Source of the DNA: Planctomycetales bacterium
GTDB lineage: Bacteria; 4484-113
Reading direction: 5' to 3'
DNA: 64,000 bases
Assembly (NCBI GenBank): GCA_037441675.1
Contig: JBBIRS010000004.1
Coordinates: 112,058 to 176,057 of the forward strand
Under the pieces are notes generated by a model. The model was given only the letters and a program-made list of their open reading frames with translations. It had not been told where the DNA came from and did no database searches. This document shows, piece after piece, positions 52,191-60,823 of this stretch (its first letter is position 1; every line of letters begins with the position of its first letter). Both the position numbers and the translations under genes were made by a program.

Positions 52191-52239
52191 GGATAGCTAA
52201 GCAGCAGGGGATGAACCCACTCCTCACATCTGCGGGAAT

Positions 52240-52311
52240 CTACCTAATTGAGAGCACTCTATCAATCGCGGTTCTCGCTTTCTCGGCAACGGTGCGCTGA
52301 ACATGGATTAC
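52240..52311 (-). pseudogene. nadA: 3'-terminal relic of a second nadA
   Basis: Reads VIHVQRTVAEKARTAIDRVLSIR*, versus VIHIQRTVAERARLAIDRMLTIG* for the intact nadA at 53695. Confidence 0.8.
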
Positions 52312-52586
52312 GACCTGCAGTGAATCAATTCTTTGCCAATCTTATTACTCGGCTCTGCTTGTTGAACCACCGTCATTGTAGCGAAACCTGTTAGAAGCAT
52401 TGCTAGCACACTAAATTTCGCGACTTACCCTTGTCAAGCTCATTAAGGGCGGAAAAAAGGCACAAATTGATGGCTAACAAGTGATGCTAGCCTAGCATCG
52501 TCCAAACGCTAATTTCTTAGGCTAAGACTTACTGGGTAGAGAAACTAACCAAGTCCTCCGGGAGTTGTTAGAAGAATAGAAGAACA

Positions 52587-52982
52587 TTAATTCTCGTCTG
52601 TTGTTTTGGAACAAACGTTTTTTATCTGTCCATTGTTAAGGTACTCTTGAAGCTTACGAACTTCATTAATAATTCTCATAAAACGACGACCAAAGGGAGT
52701 TAAACGATATTGCACCTCAATTGGCGGTTTGTCCCCAAAGACTTTACGCTCAAGGATCCCGAACGCGGTCAACTTCCTAAGGCGCTCGTTCATCACCTTT
52801 GCCGATAGCCCAGGACACGCCCGCAGGAATGCGCTAGGCCGTTTGTAACCATCAGCGCACAACTGGAGTAGCCGAACCGACCACTTGCATCCTATGATGC
52901 TCTCAACCATGAAAGCAACCGAAACTGAAGCATCTTCGTTGGATTTCAATGACTTATTACTTCTTTTTCCATGGTTAACCAT
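52587..52982 (-). CDS. HxlR (MarR/DUF24) family transcriptional regulator
   Basis: IGCKWSVRLL, PGLSAKVMNERLR.L...G and PPIEVQYRLTPFG motifs. Confidence 0.9.
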   Translation of the reverse strand: MVNHGKRSNKSLKSNEDASVSVAFMVESIIGCKWSVRLLQLCADGYKRPSAFLRACPGLSAKVMNERLRKLTAFGILERKVFGDKPPIEVQYRLTPFGRRFMRIINEVRKLQEYLNNGQIKNVCSKTTDEN

Positions 52983-53074
52983 TTCGTAACCTCATTACTA
53001 AATGGTGCCTTCTTTACAAGGTTGTTTGACTTCACTATATCATACAAAACTAGAACCATTAAGGAGGATTTACT

Positions 53075-53662
53075 ATGACAGAATCAATTAGTGGCTACAC
53101 TTATGGTACAGACCAGGTTTCTCCCTCCACGATCTCAACGGAGGATTTGGAGAACTTAAAAAAGGCAGTCCTCTTCACTGATGAGGACGAGAAGTACCTT
53201 CGCATGGCGGGGGAAGTATTGGCAGAACAGGTAGAGGAAATCCTTGATCTGTGGTATGGTTTCGTTGGGTCTCATCCCCACCTACTATACTACTTTACAG
53301 ACGCGCAGGGAAACGCAAATTCGGACTATCTTGCAGCTGTCCGCAAGCGTTTTGGGCAATGGATTCTAGACACCTGCAAACGCCCTTATGACCAATCGTG
53401 GATTAATTACGCACATGAAATCGGATTGCGTCATCATCGCACGAAGAAGAACAAGACAGATAATGTTGAGGCGGTCGCCAATACCAGCTTCCGCTACATT
53501 GTGGCTTTCATCTATCCAATCACTGCGACGATTAAACCATTCCTAGCCAAAAAGGGACACAGCGTTGACGAAGTGGATAAGATGCACCAAGCGTGGTTTA
53601 AGTCTGTCGTGATGCAGGTCGCCCTGTGGAGCTACCCTTACGTGAAAGACGGCGATTGGTAA
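53075..53662 (+). CDS. Protoglobin (single-domain)
   Basis: GYTYG, LDLWYGFVGSHPHL.YYF, VRKRFGQWILDT, EIGLRHHRTKKNKTD, AWFKSV and WSYPY..GDW; SD AAGGAGG. Confidence 0.93.
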   Translation: MTESISGYTYGTDQVSPSTISTEDLENLKKAVLFTDEDEKYLRMAGEVLAEQVEEILDLWYGFVGSHPHLLYYFTDAQGNANSDYLAAVRKRFGQWILDTCKRPYDQSWINYAHEIGLRHHRTKKNKTDNVEAVANTSFRYIVAFIYPITATIKPFLAKKGHSVDEVDKMHQAWFKSVVMQVALWSYPYVKDGDW

Positions 53663-53694
53663 ACCTTCCGAGTGCAAGCTTTCAAGAATCAGCT

Positions 53695-54888
53695 CTACCC
53701 AATAGTAAGCATTCGGTCAATAGCAAGTCTTGCCCTTTCGGCAACGGTGCGCTGAATATGGATTACTCCTTCGTCCACATAGGGGTTCTTCGGGTCGCAA
53801 CAGTCGTTGCATAGGATTATCTCCAGTCGGTCGTGGCGAAGTGATTCTAAAAGTTTCTCAAAGGTGTTAGTCTTCATATACTCGCATTCCGCCTGGTAAG
53901 AAACGGGAACGAACTCTTTCTCTGGGCACTCCTTCCGCAGGCGGTAAACCATTCCCTTTTCCGTTGCCACAATAAACTTCTTAACTGTTGACTCCTTTGC
54001 GCGTTGAATCATCTGCTCCGTTGAGAGGAAGTAAGCCTTCCCGTGCGGAATCTCACCACTACGAAGCTTGTAAAGGCAAGAGCTGGCGCATCCGCATTCA
54101 GGGTGAATCATCAGTTCAGCATCCGGATGCTCAAGAAGCGCGATGTCAACGCCGTCCGTGCCGATCTTCTCGTGGACGTGGCAGGCAGCATGGTATCCAT
54201 CCTTCTCATGCTCGTAAACTTCAATCAGTTCAGGATTAACGCCCGCGTCAACAGCTCGCGCCTTCATCACAAACCCTAAAAACTTGTCGGGAAGAACGAG
54301 AATCTTTCTACCGGGATGCTCCCTCGCTGCGTGGACAATCACCTTGTCCGTATTGCGGGAGGTGGAGATGTAATCGGAAAGAGACTTCACGTAGGGATCA
54401 CTGTTAATGTAGGTTACAAGGATGCCATCGGGATTTTCCCGCTTCCAGTTCTCAAGCCATTCGTAATCAGTGCCAAATACGAGGGAACATCCAAGCGCCT
54501 GAGGAGTATCGGATACGAACACGCGACTTGCGTCGCCGGTTATCATCTTCGCAGTCGCTCCCATAAAGTAAACGCTTTGAAAGTCCACCCGTGTTGCTCC
54601 GATTTCTTTCACGAAAAGCGATAGTGCAAGCGAATCCCCTACCCTGTCCGCGATTTCGTGAAACTCGGGATAGAGGTAGTTATGGGCGACGATTGTTGAG
54701 CGCTTTTCACGCGTGAGGGCTTTGATATCTAGCGCAATCTCCGCAAGTTCTAAACACTTCTCGTAAGTGTATCTTGCCGGATATAAATCTTCAGCATATT
54801 GCGAGAATAGCTCGTGCCAATGGCGAGCCAACTCTTTTAAAATGCCAAGTTTAGGTTTTTCCAACAGCCTTAAATCTATCGGGACCAT
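53695..54888 (-). CDS. nadA: Quinolinate synthase
   Basis: AHNY, GDSL, VYFM, GCSL, TYINS, PDKFLG, CHVH, HPEC, ST and CEYMK motifs. Confidence 0.92.
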   Translation of the reverse strand: MVPIDLRLLEKPKLGILKELARHWHELFSQYAEDLYPARYTYEKCLELAEIALDIKALTREKRSTIVAHNYLYPEFHEIADRVGDSLALSLFVKEIGATRVDFQSVYFMGATAKMITGDASRVFVSDTPQALGCSLVFGTDYEWLENWKRENPDGILVTYINSDPYVKSLSDYISTSRNTDKVIVHAAREHPGRKILVLPDKFLGFVMKARAVDAGVNPELIEVYEHEKDGYHAACHVHEKIGTDGVDIALLEHPDAELMIHPECGCASSCLYKLRSGEIPHGKAYFLSTEQMIQRAKESTVKKFIVATEKGMVYRLRKECPEKEFVPVSYQAECEYMKTNTFEKLLESLRHDRLEIILCNDCCDPKNPYVDEGVIHIQRTVAERARLAIDRMLTIG

Positions 54889-55143
54889 TTCACCTCACGA
54901 TAACCTAATCATAAATACCTAAAAGCAAGCACCTTTAATTGATATTAGATTTTAGTCTCTCTTAAATTACAAAGTTTATCCTCTTCAGAAAGAGTTTATC
55001 ACCTTTGAAGAATTGGCAAAGTGAACAGAGCCAAAATGCTTTGATACCAAGTCTCATTTAGATGCAAAAGATATTAAAATCTCATAGCTATCAAAGTCGT
55101 AGATTAAGATTAGAGTACATCAAAGTAAAAGAGGAATAACCTT

Positions 55144-55669
55144 ATGGAAATACGAACAAAAAAAATTTCTAGGCGAGCTGAAGCTCTTGCGGAGAGAAGA
55201 GAGCAAGGCGCGAATGCGCTCCTTGGATTTGCGAAAAAGTTTAAGCGATGAGGAGTGGAATATGTCCATTCCTGCAGATGGCAGGACAATCGGCGTTATC
55301 ATTCACCATGTAGCAAGCGTATATCCCATTGAGGTTCATTTAGCGAAATCCTTAGCAGGAGGGCAGACTGTCCCCGTCACCAAAGCTAATGTTGATGCTA
55401 TGAACGCCAAACATGCAGAGGAGAATAAGAGTGTTGGCAAAGATTAGACGCTTAAACTCCTGCGGAAGAACAGCTCTGAGGCTGCAATGGAGGTGAGAGC
55501 ATTCACGGACTAGGAGCTTGACAGTTCCGCCCCGGTTGCGTTGAACACAAATGCGCCAATTACTGCGCAGTTCTTCATTGAAGACCACGCGTTAAGGCAC
55601 TGCTTCTATCATCTCGGGCGGATTAAGTCTGCACTTGGAAGAGAAGATTTTTCTTCCAGCAAGAGTTAA
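55144..55669 (+). pseudogene. DinB-like protein pseudogene
   Basis: ATG 55144; A-run frameshift near 55235; DGRTIGVIIHHVASVYPIE; in-frame TAG at 55445 and 55511; FFIEDHALRH..YH; stop at 55667. Confidence 0.78.
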
Positions 55670-55711
55670 ATTTGGCACACCAACTTGAGAGGAAAATCCC
55701 AAAGATTACTC

Positions 55712-56308
55712 TCAGGATGCGGTGTCTGAACCACGTCTGAGCTCCTCAATGGCCAAGATTATCTCCTTGCTGTGGTCTTTAGGAGAAACCTTCGGAAAAA
55801 TCTTGGCTATCTTGCACTTGGGATCAATGATGAATGTAGTCCGGCTGGCGACGGTGTCGTCAATGAGAACGTGATAGGCTCTTGCAATCTTCTTCTCCTT
55901 ATCGGCAAGCAGGATGAAATTCAGATGCTCCTTCTCGGCGAACTTCTTCTGGGTTTCAACTGAGTCTACGCTCACGCCGATAACGACCGCTCCAAGCCTC
56001 TTGATATTTTCGTAATCGTCGCGGAACCCGCAAGCCTCAACAGTTCAGCCGGGGGTGAGAGCTTTCGGAAAGAAGTAAAGAACAACCCACTTCCCCTTAA
56101 ACTCTGAAAGCTTGCGCATTTTGCCATCTTGATCAGGAAGTGAAAAGCTAGGAGCATTATCGCCAACCTTTAGTTTCTGTTCATACGCATCTTTCATTTT
56201 TTGCTCTTCGGAGGCTTTAGTTAATCCTTGCTCAGCGCATTGATTGTAAGACACAGGCGTTAACAGTACCCCTAGTAAAGCAATAGACTCTATTGCGCGC
56301 TTGAGCAT
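55712..56308 (-). CDS. bcp: BCP/PrxQ peroxiredoxin, selenocysteine-containing (UGA at 56045-56047), about 198 aa
   Basis: One continuous frame [22 protein letters not shown]...GVSVDS...LLAD...RTTFIID; the UGA occupies the peroxidatic Cys position; SECIS-like hairpin follows; selB is in the window. Confidence 0.88.
56019..56033 (-). promoter_or_regulatory. Candidate bacterial SECIS hairpin
   Basis: mRNA UUGCGG-GUU-CCGCGA, with the apical loop G about 17 nt 3' of the UGA. Confidence 0.6.
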
Positions 56309-56363
56309 ATCAATCTATTACCAGTAGCTCTATAGGATTATCTTTGACTTGAAGAGTATAAAA

Positions 56364-57188
56364 CTAGATATCTTGTCTTGAGAGAAGATGAACAGCGAGA
56401 TACGTAGGAATAGCAATGTAAAGAAGGAGCACCAGAGTCAAAAGAGCAAGAGCGAGAATTTCACCATTTAAGAGCCTAATCAGCTGTGTCCCAGCGCTAC
56501 CGAGAAGGTCTTTCCCACCAATAAGTATCAAGCCAGCTACTCGTGTTACTCCAATGGGACTGCCGAAAAGTGCTAAGAGAGCAAACCTATTTCCTATACG
56601 CTCCGGCATAAGAACCGTCAGCCCAATGACAAGCAGGTCATAGATGAACAAGAAAAAGAAGCCAACGAGGAGGGAAATACCTATGCCTTTCGCAGTTCTA
56701 TGGCAGGCAACTGAGATTAAACCAGATATGGCAAGAAAGACAAATGCAAGCAGTAGTGACAAGATAACGATGCCTGCGTAGGCAAGGATGCCACGAGAGC
56801 CCGCTTTAATAGCGATAATAAAGCCCGCGAAACTAAAACCAATCAAAACTGAAGCAAAAATGGAGAGAAATAATCCAAGTAGTTTGCCAAGAAAAATTTG
56901 GTTCCTCGTTACTGGCTGGGCGAAAATAAGCTCATTCAGCCCTTTTTCAGCGGTGAGACTAGTGCTTCCCATCACCAATGCAATAAATGGAATTAAGTAT
57001 AGGCTAAGGCTAAGTATACTTGCTGAGGTGCGCGTTAAATCCTGAAATCCTACCGCCAAAGTAGTGACTAATCCAAAGTATGAAAGCGCCAGGATAAGAA
57101 CAGAAAAGACCGAAGCGTAGATGAACGTCCAACGATTGCGGATGCTGGCAAGTAGTTCCATTCGCGCAATTTGTAAAACTTCTTTCAT
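56364..57188 (-). CDS. nosY: NosY ABC transporter permease
   Basis: RNRW, QPVTRNQIFLGK, IYDL motifs and 6 TM segments; position in the nos cluster; start MKEVLQ right after the nosL stop. Confidence 0.85.
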   Translation of the reverse strand: MKEVLQIARMELLASIRNRWTFIYASVFSVLILALSYFGLVTTLAVGFQDLTRTSASILSLSLYLIPFIALVMGSTSLTAEKGLNELIFAQPVTRNQIFLGKLLGLFLSIFASVLIGFSFAGFIIAIKAGSRGILAYAGIVILSLLLAFVFLAISGLISVACHRTAKGIGISLLVGFFFLFIYDLLVIGLTVLMPERIGNRFALLALFGSPIGVTRVAGLILIGGKDLLGSAGTQLIRLLNGEILALALLTLVLLLYIAIPTYLAVHLLSRQDI

Positions 57189-57189
57189 T

Positions 57190-57642
57190 TCAATCAAGCT
57201 TTGCAAATTCTTCCAAGAGTTCATCCCAGGTGGCTATACGCCCGCCATAGGTTTCTTTTGCGTCCTCCGCTTCACCTCTATCGAGGAATACGCAAATTCC
57301 AGACCCCATCGGAGTTGAAATATTTTCTGATACTAGATAGATTGCGAACTGTGCCTTTACCCAACCCTTTTGTTGGAATGGGTAAACATATATAGCTTCC
57401 TCACGTGCTTGATTCTGCGTAGCAAGATAATTTAGAAGGCAGACAACATCGTCAAATTTTTTTGTTTCCGCATCGAGTTTTAAGAGTTGCGCACTGAAGT
57501 GGATATCAGAAATTAACATCTTGCAATAGGCGCAAGAATCCTCATTGATATAAACTTCCTCTGGCGCAAGTTTGTGCCCTAAACAGGAATTAACAAAAAA
57601 AGAGAGTAGAAGTATCGCTCCTACAAAAGCCAAGAGCTTCAT
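57190..57642 (-). CDS. nosL: NosL copper-chaperone lipoprotein
   Basis: Lipobox, CAYCKMLISD, FDDVVCL and TPMGSG motifs. Confidence 0.9.
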   Translation of the reverse strand: MKLLAFVGAILLLSFFVNSCLGHKLAPEEVYINEDSCAYCKMLISDIHFSAQLLKLDAETKKFDDVVCLLNYLATQNQAREEAIYVYPFQQKGWVKAQFAIYLVSENISTPMGSGICVFLDRGEAEDAKETYGGRIATWDELLEEFAKLD

Positions 57643-58709
57643 TGATTTACCCCCTTGTCAGAGGAGTGCCTTACAGATTTAGCCTCCTTAACCGTGGCGT
57701 TCCTTGGTTTTGTGGGAGCACGTTGTTTTGGAAATTCAATTAGAAAGCCAGCAGATGAGAGAAGTTCTGATAAATTTTCACTTTGCAGACCAGATAATTC
57801 CAGGAATATTTCTTCGCGGGATGGTTGTTCCACGAAGAATTCAGTAACTTCCACATGATAAGCCTGCAATGTCTGAAGCAAATGTAACCTTTCAGCTGGA
57901 GGGCAAAGGAATCTGCAATAGTTTTTCCCAACCTCAAGAAGTGTTGACCCGAAAGAACATACCGCATCAAGGGCATCTTGCCGAATAGAGCCAGAGTGAA
58001 CTCTCAAAATGGAGCGTTCTTCAATCCGAGCTCTAAGTTCCTCCGCATTGATAAGACAACGCAACTTCCCGTCAACGAGAACCGCTATCCTGTCAGCAAG
58101 CTCAAGAGCATCATCCAAGAGATGAGTCGCAATAATTACGGTTTTTCCACGTTCTTTTAACCTCTTGACTAAGCTCCTGAAGAGAAGCACGCCCTCTGGG
58201 TCAAGGCTAGCGGTAGGTTCATCAAGTAAGAAAATTTGCGCATCCGCAAGGCACGCAACTGCAAGGGCAAGTCTTTGCGTCATACCACCGGATAACTCCG
58301 AAATAAACTTCTCCTGTGTAGCTTTTTCATCAAGACCAACGAGCGCGGTAATGTCTTCTAAATGTGCTCTATTTGCACCTCTAAGTCCTCTGTAAAAGGA
58401 TAAAACCTCCCTTACTGTTAAGCATGGTGGAAAGAGCGCTCTTTGGGGGAGAAAACTTATGAGATTCTTTTGTGATGCTGTTAGAGTTAAAGCTATTGAA
58501 TCAAAAACTAACGCCTTACCACTTGAAGGATTAACGAGTCCGCAAATTATTTTTAACGCGGTTGATTTGCCACTGCCATTTGGTCCAAGGAATACGAAAG
58601 TCTCACCTTCCAAGATACTCAAAGTTACTTCGGAAAGCGCCGAAAAGCCGCGGTACCTCTTGCTGAGTTCTTTGAGCTTAACTATCGCTTGATTTGTCTC
58701 ACCGCTCAT
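57639..58709 (-). CDS. nosF: NosF ABC transporter ATP-binding protein
   Basis: GPNGSGKS, LSGGM, LLDEPT and TH motifs; ATGA overlap with the nosD stop. Confidence 0.87.
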   Translation of the reverse strand: MSGETNQAIVKLKELSKRYRGFSALSEVTLSILEGETFVFLGPNGSGKSTALKIICGLVNPSSGKALVFDSIALTLTASQKNLISFLPQRALFPPCLTVREVLSFYRGLRGANRAHLEDITALVGLDEKATQEKFISELSGGMTQRLALAVACLADAQIFLLDEPTASLDPEGVLLFRSLVKRLKERGKTVIIATHLLDDALELADRIAVLVDGKLRCLINAEELRARIEERSILRVHSGSIRQDALDAVCSFGSTLLEVGKNYCRFLCPPAERLHLLQTLQAYHVEVTEFFVEQPSREEIFLELSGLQSENLSELLSSAGFLIEFPKQRAPTKPRNATVKEAKSVRHSSDKGVNQ

Positions 58710-60097
58710 AGTCTTTTTGCCCATCCTACTGTTAAAAGTGAAGAAATCAAAAGAAATAGAGGGAGGGTTAATTTCAAAGTCAACGGTGTCTGGGGCGCAT
58801 CATTTTCAAAAGTGGTGGTTTGAAACTCTTTTACCGAAAATGGCACAGGTTTCATAAGTGGCGCCAGGTCGTAATCCTCGGAAACTCTGACAATGGGGAA
58901 AATTCGCTCCGAAAGGGATATGGCTCGCGCGGTCGGACTATCCAGATATAGCCTTAAGCTAGAGTGAATTCCAACTAACTGTTGAAATACATCCTGAATG
59001 TGGTATGGAACATCGCCGATATTATTCTCATTCAAATCGTAACCATCATAGTTGTCCCAGTAGTTTCCTACTCCAACTAGAGACCAGTTAGTATTAGTCT
59101 TCACACCAACTATCAAAATAGGGCTCAAGTTATTTATGAAATTGTTCTTGGTAAAGGTATTCTCCAATGAGCTGGGATAGAGCTGAATGGCTAGATCATT
59201 ACCGTAAATATGGTTGTTCTTGAATAGGTTTCTATGAGAATTATCTATAAAAACCGCAGTCACGTTGCCAAGAAGAAGATTATTTTCAATTACAGAATCG
59301 TTTAGGTCTTTTAGAAGCAAACCAACCGCGGATGCACTTCTATTTTTAACAAAAGCACTACCCTTAACGAGCATACCGTTAGAATACATCAGGGCACATC
59401 CCGCCAGATTTTCATAAGAGAGCACATTCTCAATGGTATTGCCATCACAGAACATATAATGGATACCGTATCTTAGGTGGTGAATGACGGTATCCTTAAC
59501 CGAGTTCTTGTATGCGTGGTCAAAGTAGAGACCATCACGAGCAAAGGAAATTTCGTTCTCCGAGAGTTCATTTTCGTTTGAATTCCAAAGATGTATGCCT
59601 GAACCCCTCTCGCTCATAGAAACGCTTCTGCGCGTTTCAATCCTGTTTTTACGTATGGTGTTTCGGTTAGAAGAATAAAGGTATATGCCGTAAAGAACAT
59701 CTGAGAAAACACAGTTTTCAACAAGATTACGGTCACTCTTGAGAAAAATACCCGCTGGCTCATCCATAGGATTTGAACCACTGTTTTGGATAGCAAAGCC
59801 TGAAAGGTGAACCCCACTTGCTAGAACCGTTACCACGCTACCCGTTCCATCGCCCAGCAGAAGTGGATTTGCAAGCCCAGTAAGGGTTATTTTTTTTCTA
59901 ATGAAAAAAGGACCTCTATGAATGCCTCCTTTAACTAAAATCGCATCTCCGTCATCCGTTTGAGACAAAACCTCCTGAAGGTAATATTCGTTCTCGGACC
60001 CCACCTCCCATAGCTTTGCATACGATGTAATAGATAAGGATAAAGCCACGCTGAGAATGATGATCAAGGCGCAGAGTTTAATTAGCTGATTCTGCAC
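58706..60097 (-). CDS. nosD: NosD periplasmic maturation protein
   Basis: Parallel beta-helix repeats, RGSGIHLWN, RDG, LRYGIHYM and GNYWDNYDGYD...GDVPY. Confidence 0.93.
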   Translation of the reverse strand: MQNQLIKLCALIIILSVALSLSITSYAKLWEVGSENEYYLQEVLSQTDDGDAILVKGGIHRGPFFIRKKITLTGLANPLLLGDGTGSVVTVLASGVHLSGFAIQNSGSNPMDEPAGIFLKSDRNLVENCVFSDVLYGIYLYSSNRNTIRKNRIETRRSVSMSERGSGIHLWNSNENELSENEISFARDGLYFDHAYKNSVKDTVIHHLRYGIHYMFCDGNTIENVLSYENLAGCALMYSNGMLVKGSAFVKNRSASAVGLLLKDLNDSVIENNLLLGNVTAVFIDNSHRNLFKNNHIYGNDLAIQLYPSSLENTFTKNNFINNLSPILIVGVKTNTNWSLVGVGNYWDNYDGYDLNENNIGDVPYHIQDVFQQLVGIHSSLRLYLDSPTARAISLSERIFPIVRVSEDYDLAPLMKPVPFSVKEFQTTTFENDAPQTPLTLKLTLPLFLLISSLLTVGWAKRL

Positions 60098-60725
60098 GCG
60101 TCTTCCTCCACTTTAAGAACTGGACTATAAGAGCAATAAATAAAATAAGCCCAAATAGAATAAGGAAGAGTGAACCGATGGCGGGATAACTGTAGACGGT
60201 AAAGTTCGCCACTTGATGAGTACCAAAAAGTGGCGGAGTAAATGGGTCAACCTTGATGGGGGCTTGAGGATCAAGATTATGACCATAGGTGTAAAGCCGG
60301 TAGTAGAAAGACCAAATACCAAAGAGCCCAAAGTAACCCGTCATTACAAAGACGTCAATAAGATTGCCTGTTTTGCCCATAAAAATGGCGCGAAGGGATA
60401 AAAGGATTAGCGCGCCAAGCACTAGCGGTAACCAAGTAAATTCAGCAAAGTCGCTCTCTAAAATGGGACGCATACCAATATAATGATTTAAGCTGTTTAT
60501 CTCTCTTAAATCATCCCTGAACTCGGATTTCTGCCCCTGAAGGTGGTTTATATAAAGAGCCATCTTCAGCCCGTCAGGGTACTGATTTGAATAAAATGCC
60601 ATCGTCCAAAGTGGATAAAAGTAACTTGGAACAACCAAAAGAATCGCAAGAAGAACTATCAGCCTAGCCCTTCCCAGTAGTCTGCTCTCAAGGAATTCAT
60701 CCAGCGAGTTTAGGAGTTTTTTCAC
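60078..60725 (-). CDS. nosB: NosB-type membrane protein of clade II nos clusters
   Basis: PLW...QYPDGL, INSLNHYIGM, YGHNLDP.APIK and PPLFG motifs; lies between nosZ and nosD. Confidence 0.8.
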   Translation of the reverse strand: MKKLLNSLDEFLESRLLGRARLIVLLAILLVVPSYFYPLWTMAFYSNQYPDGLKMALYINHLQGQKSEFRDDLREINSLNHYIGMRPILESDFAEFTWLPLVLGALILLSLRAIFMGKTGNLIDVFVMTGYFGLFGIWSFYYRLYTYGHNLDPQAPIKVDPFTPPLFGTHQVANFTVYSYPAIGSLFLILFGLILFIALIVQFLKWRKTRAESAN

Positions 60726-60751
60726 TATTTATCACCCCTGCCAAAATCAAG

Positions 60752-60797
60752 AACTCAAGAGAGGAGTGATGGGCAGAGCGCATCACTCCTCCGAGTT
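60752..60797 (-). terminator. Intercistronic hairpin after nosZ (partial terminator or mRNA stabiliser)
   Basis: Perfect 11-bp stem GAGGAGTGATG (60761-71) / CATCACTCCTC (60781-91), outer AACTC/GAGTT arms, and a U-rich tail on the minus strand. Confidence 0.65.
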
Positions 60798-60823
60798 TAT
60801 ACCTACTTTTACCCAAAGAATTG

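Noticed and set aside
54889..55120. NAD riboswitch or operator upstream of nadA; imperfect 20-bp direct repeat at 54971-55010
   Set aside because: AT-rich with no convincing stems; the repeat is only about 13/20 identical
55445..55513. Two in-frame TAG codons in the DinB-like gene (plus TAGs at 27876 and 48327) as pyrrolysine or stop-codon reassignment
   Set aside because: The same genes also have frameshifts or deletions, the expected residues differ (Glu, Trp, Lys), other lesions are TAA, and TAG terminates intact genes such as nadA, nosZ and uppS
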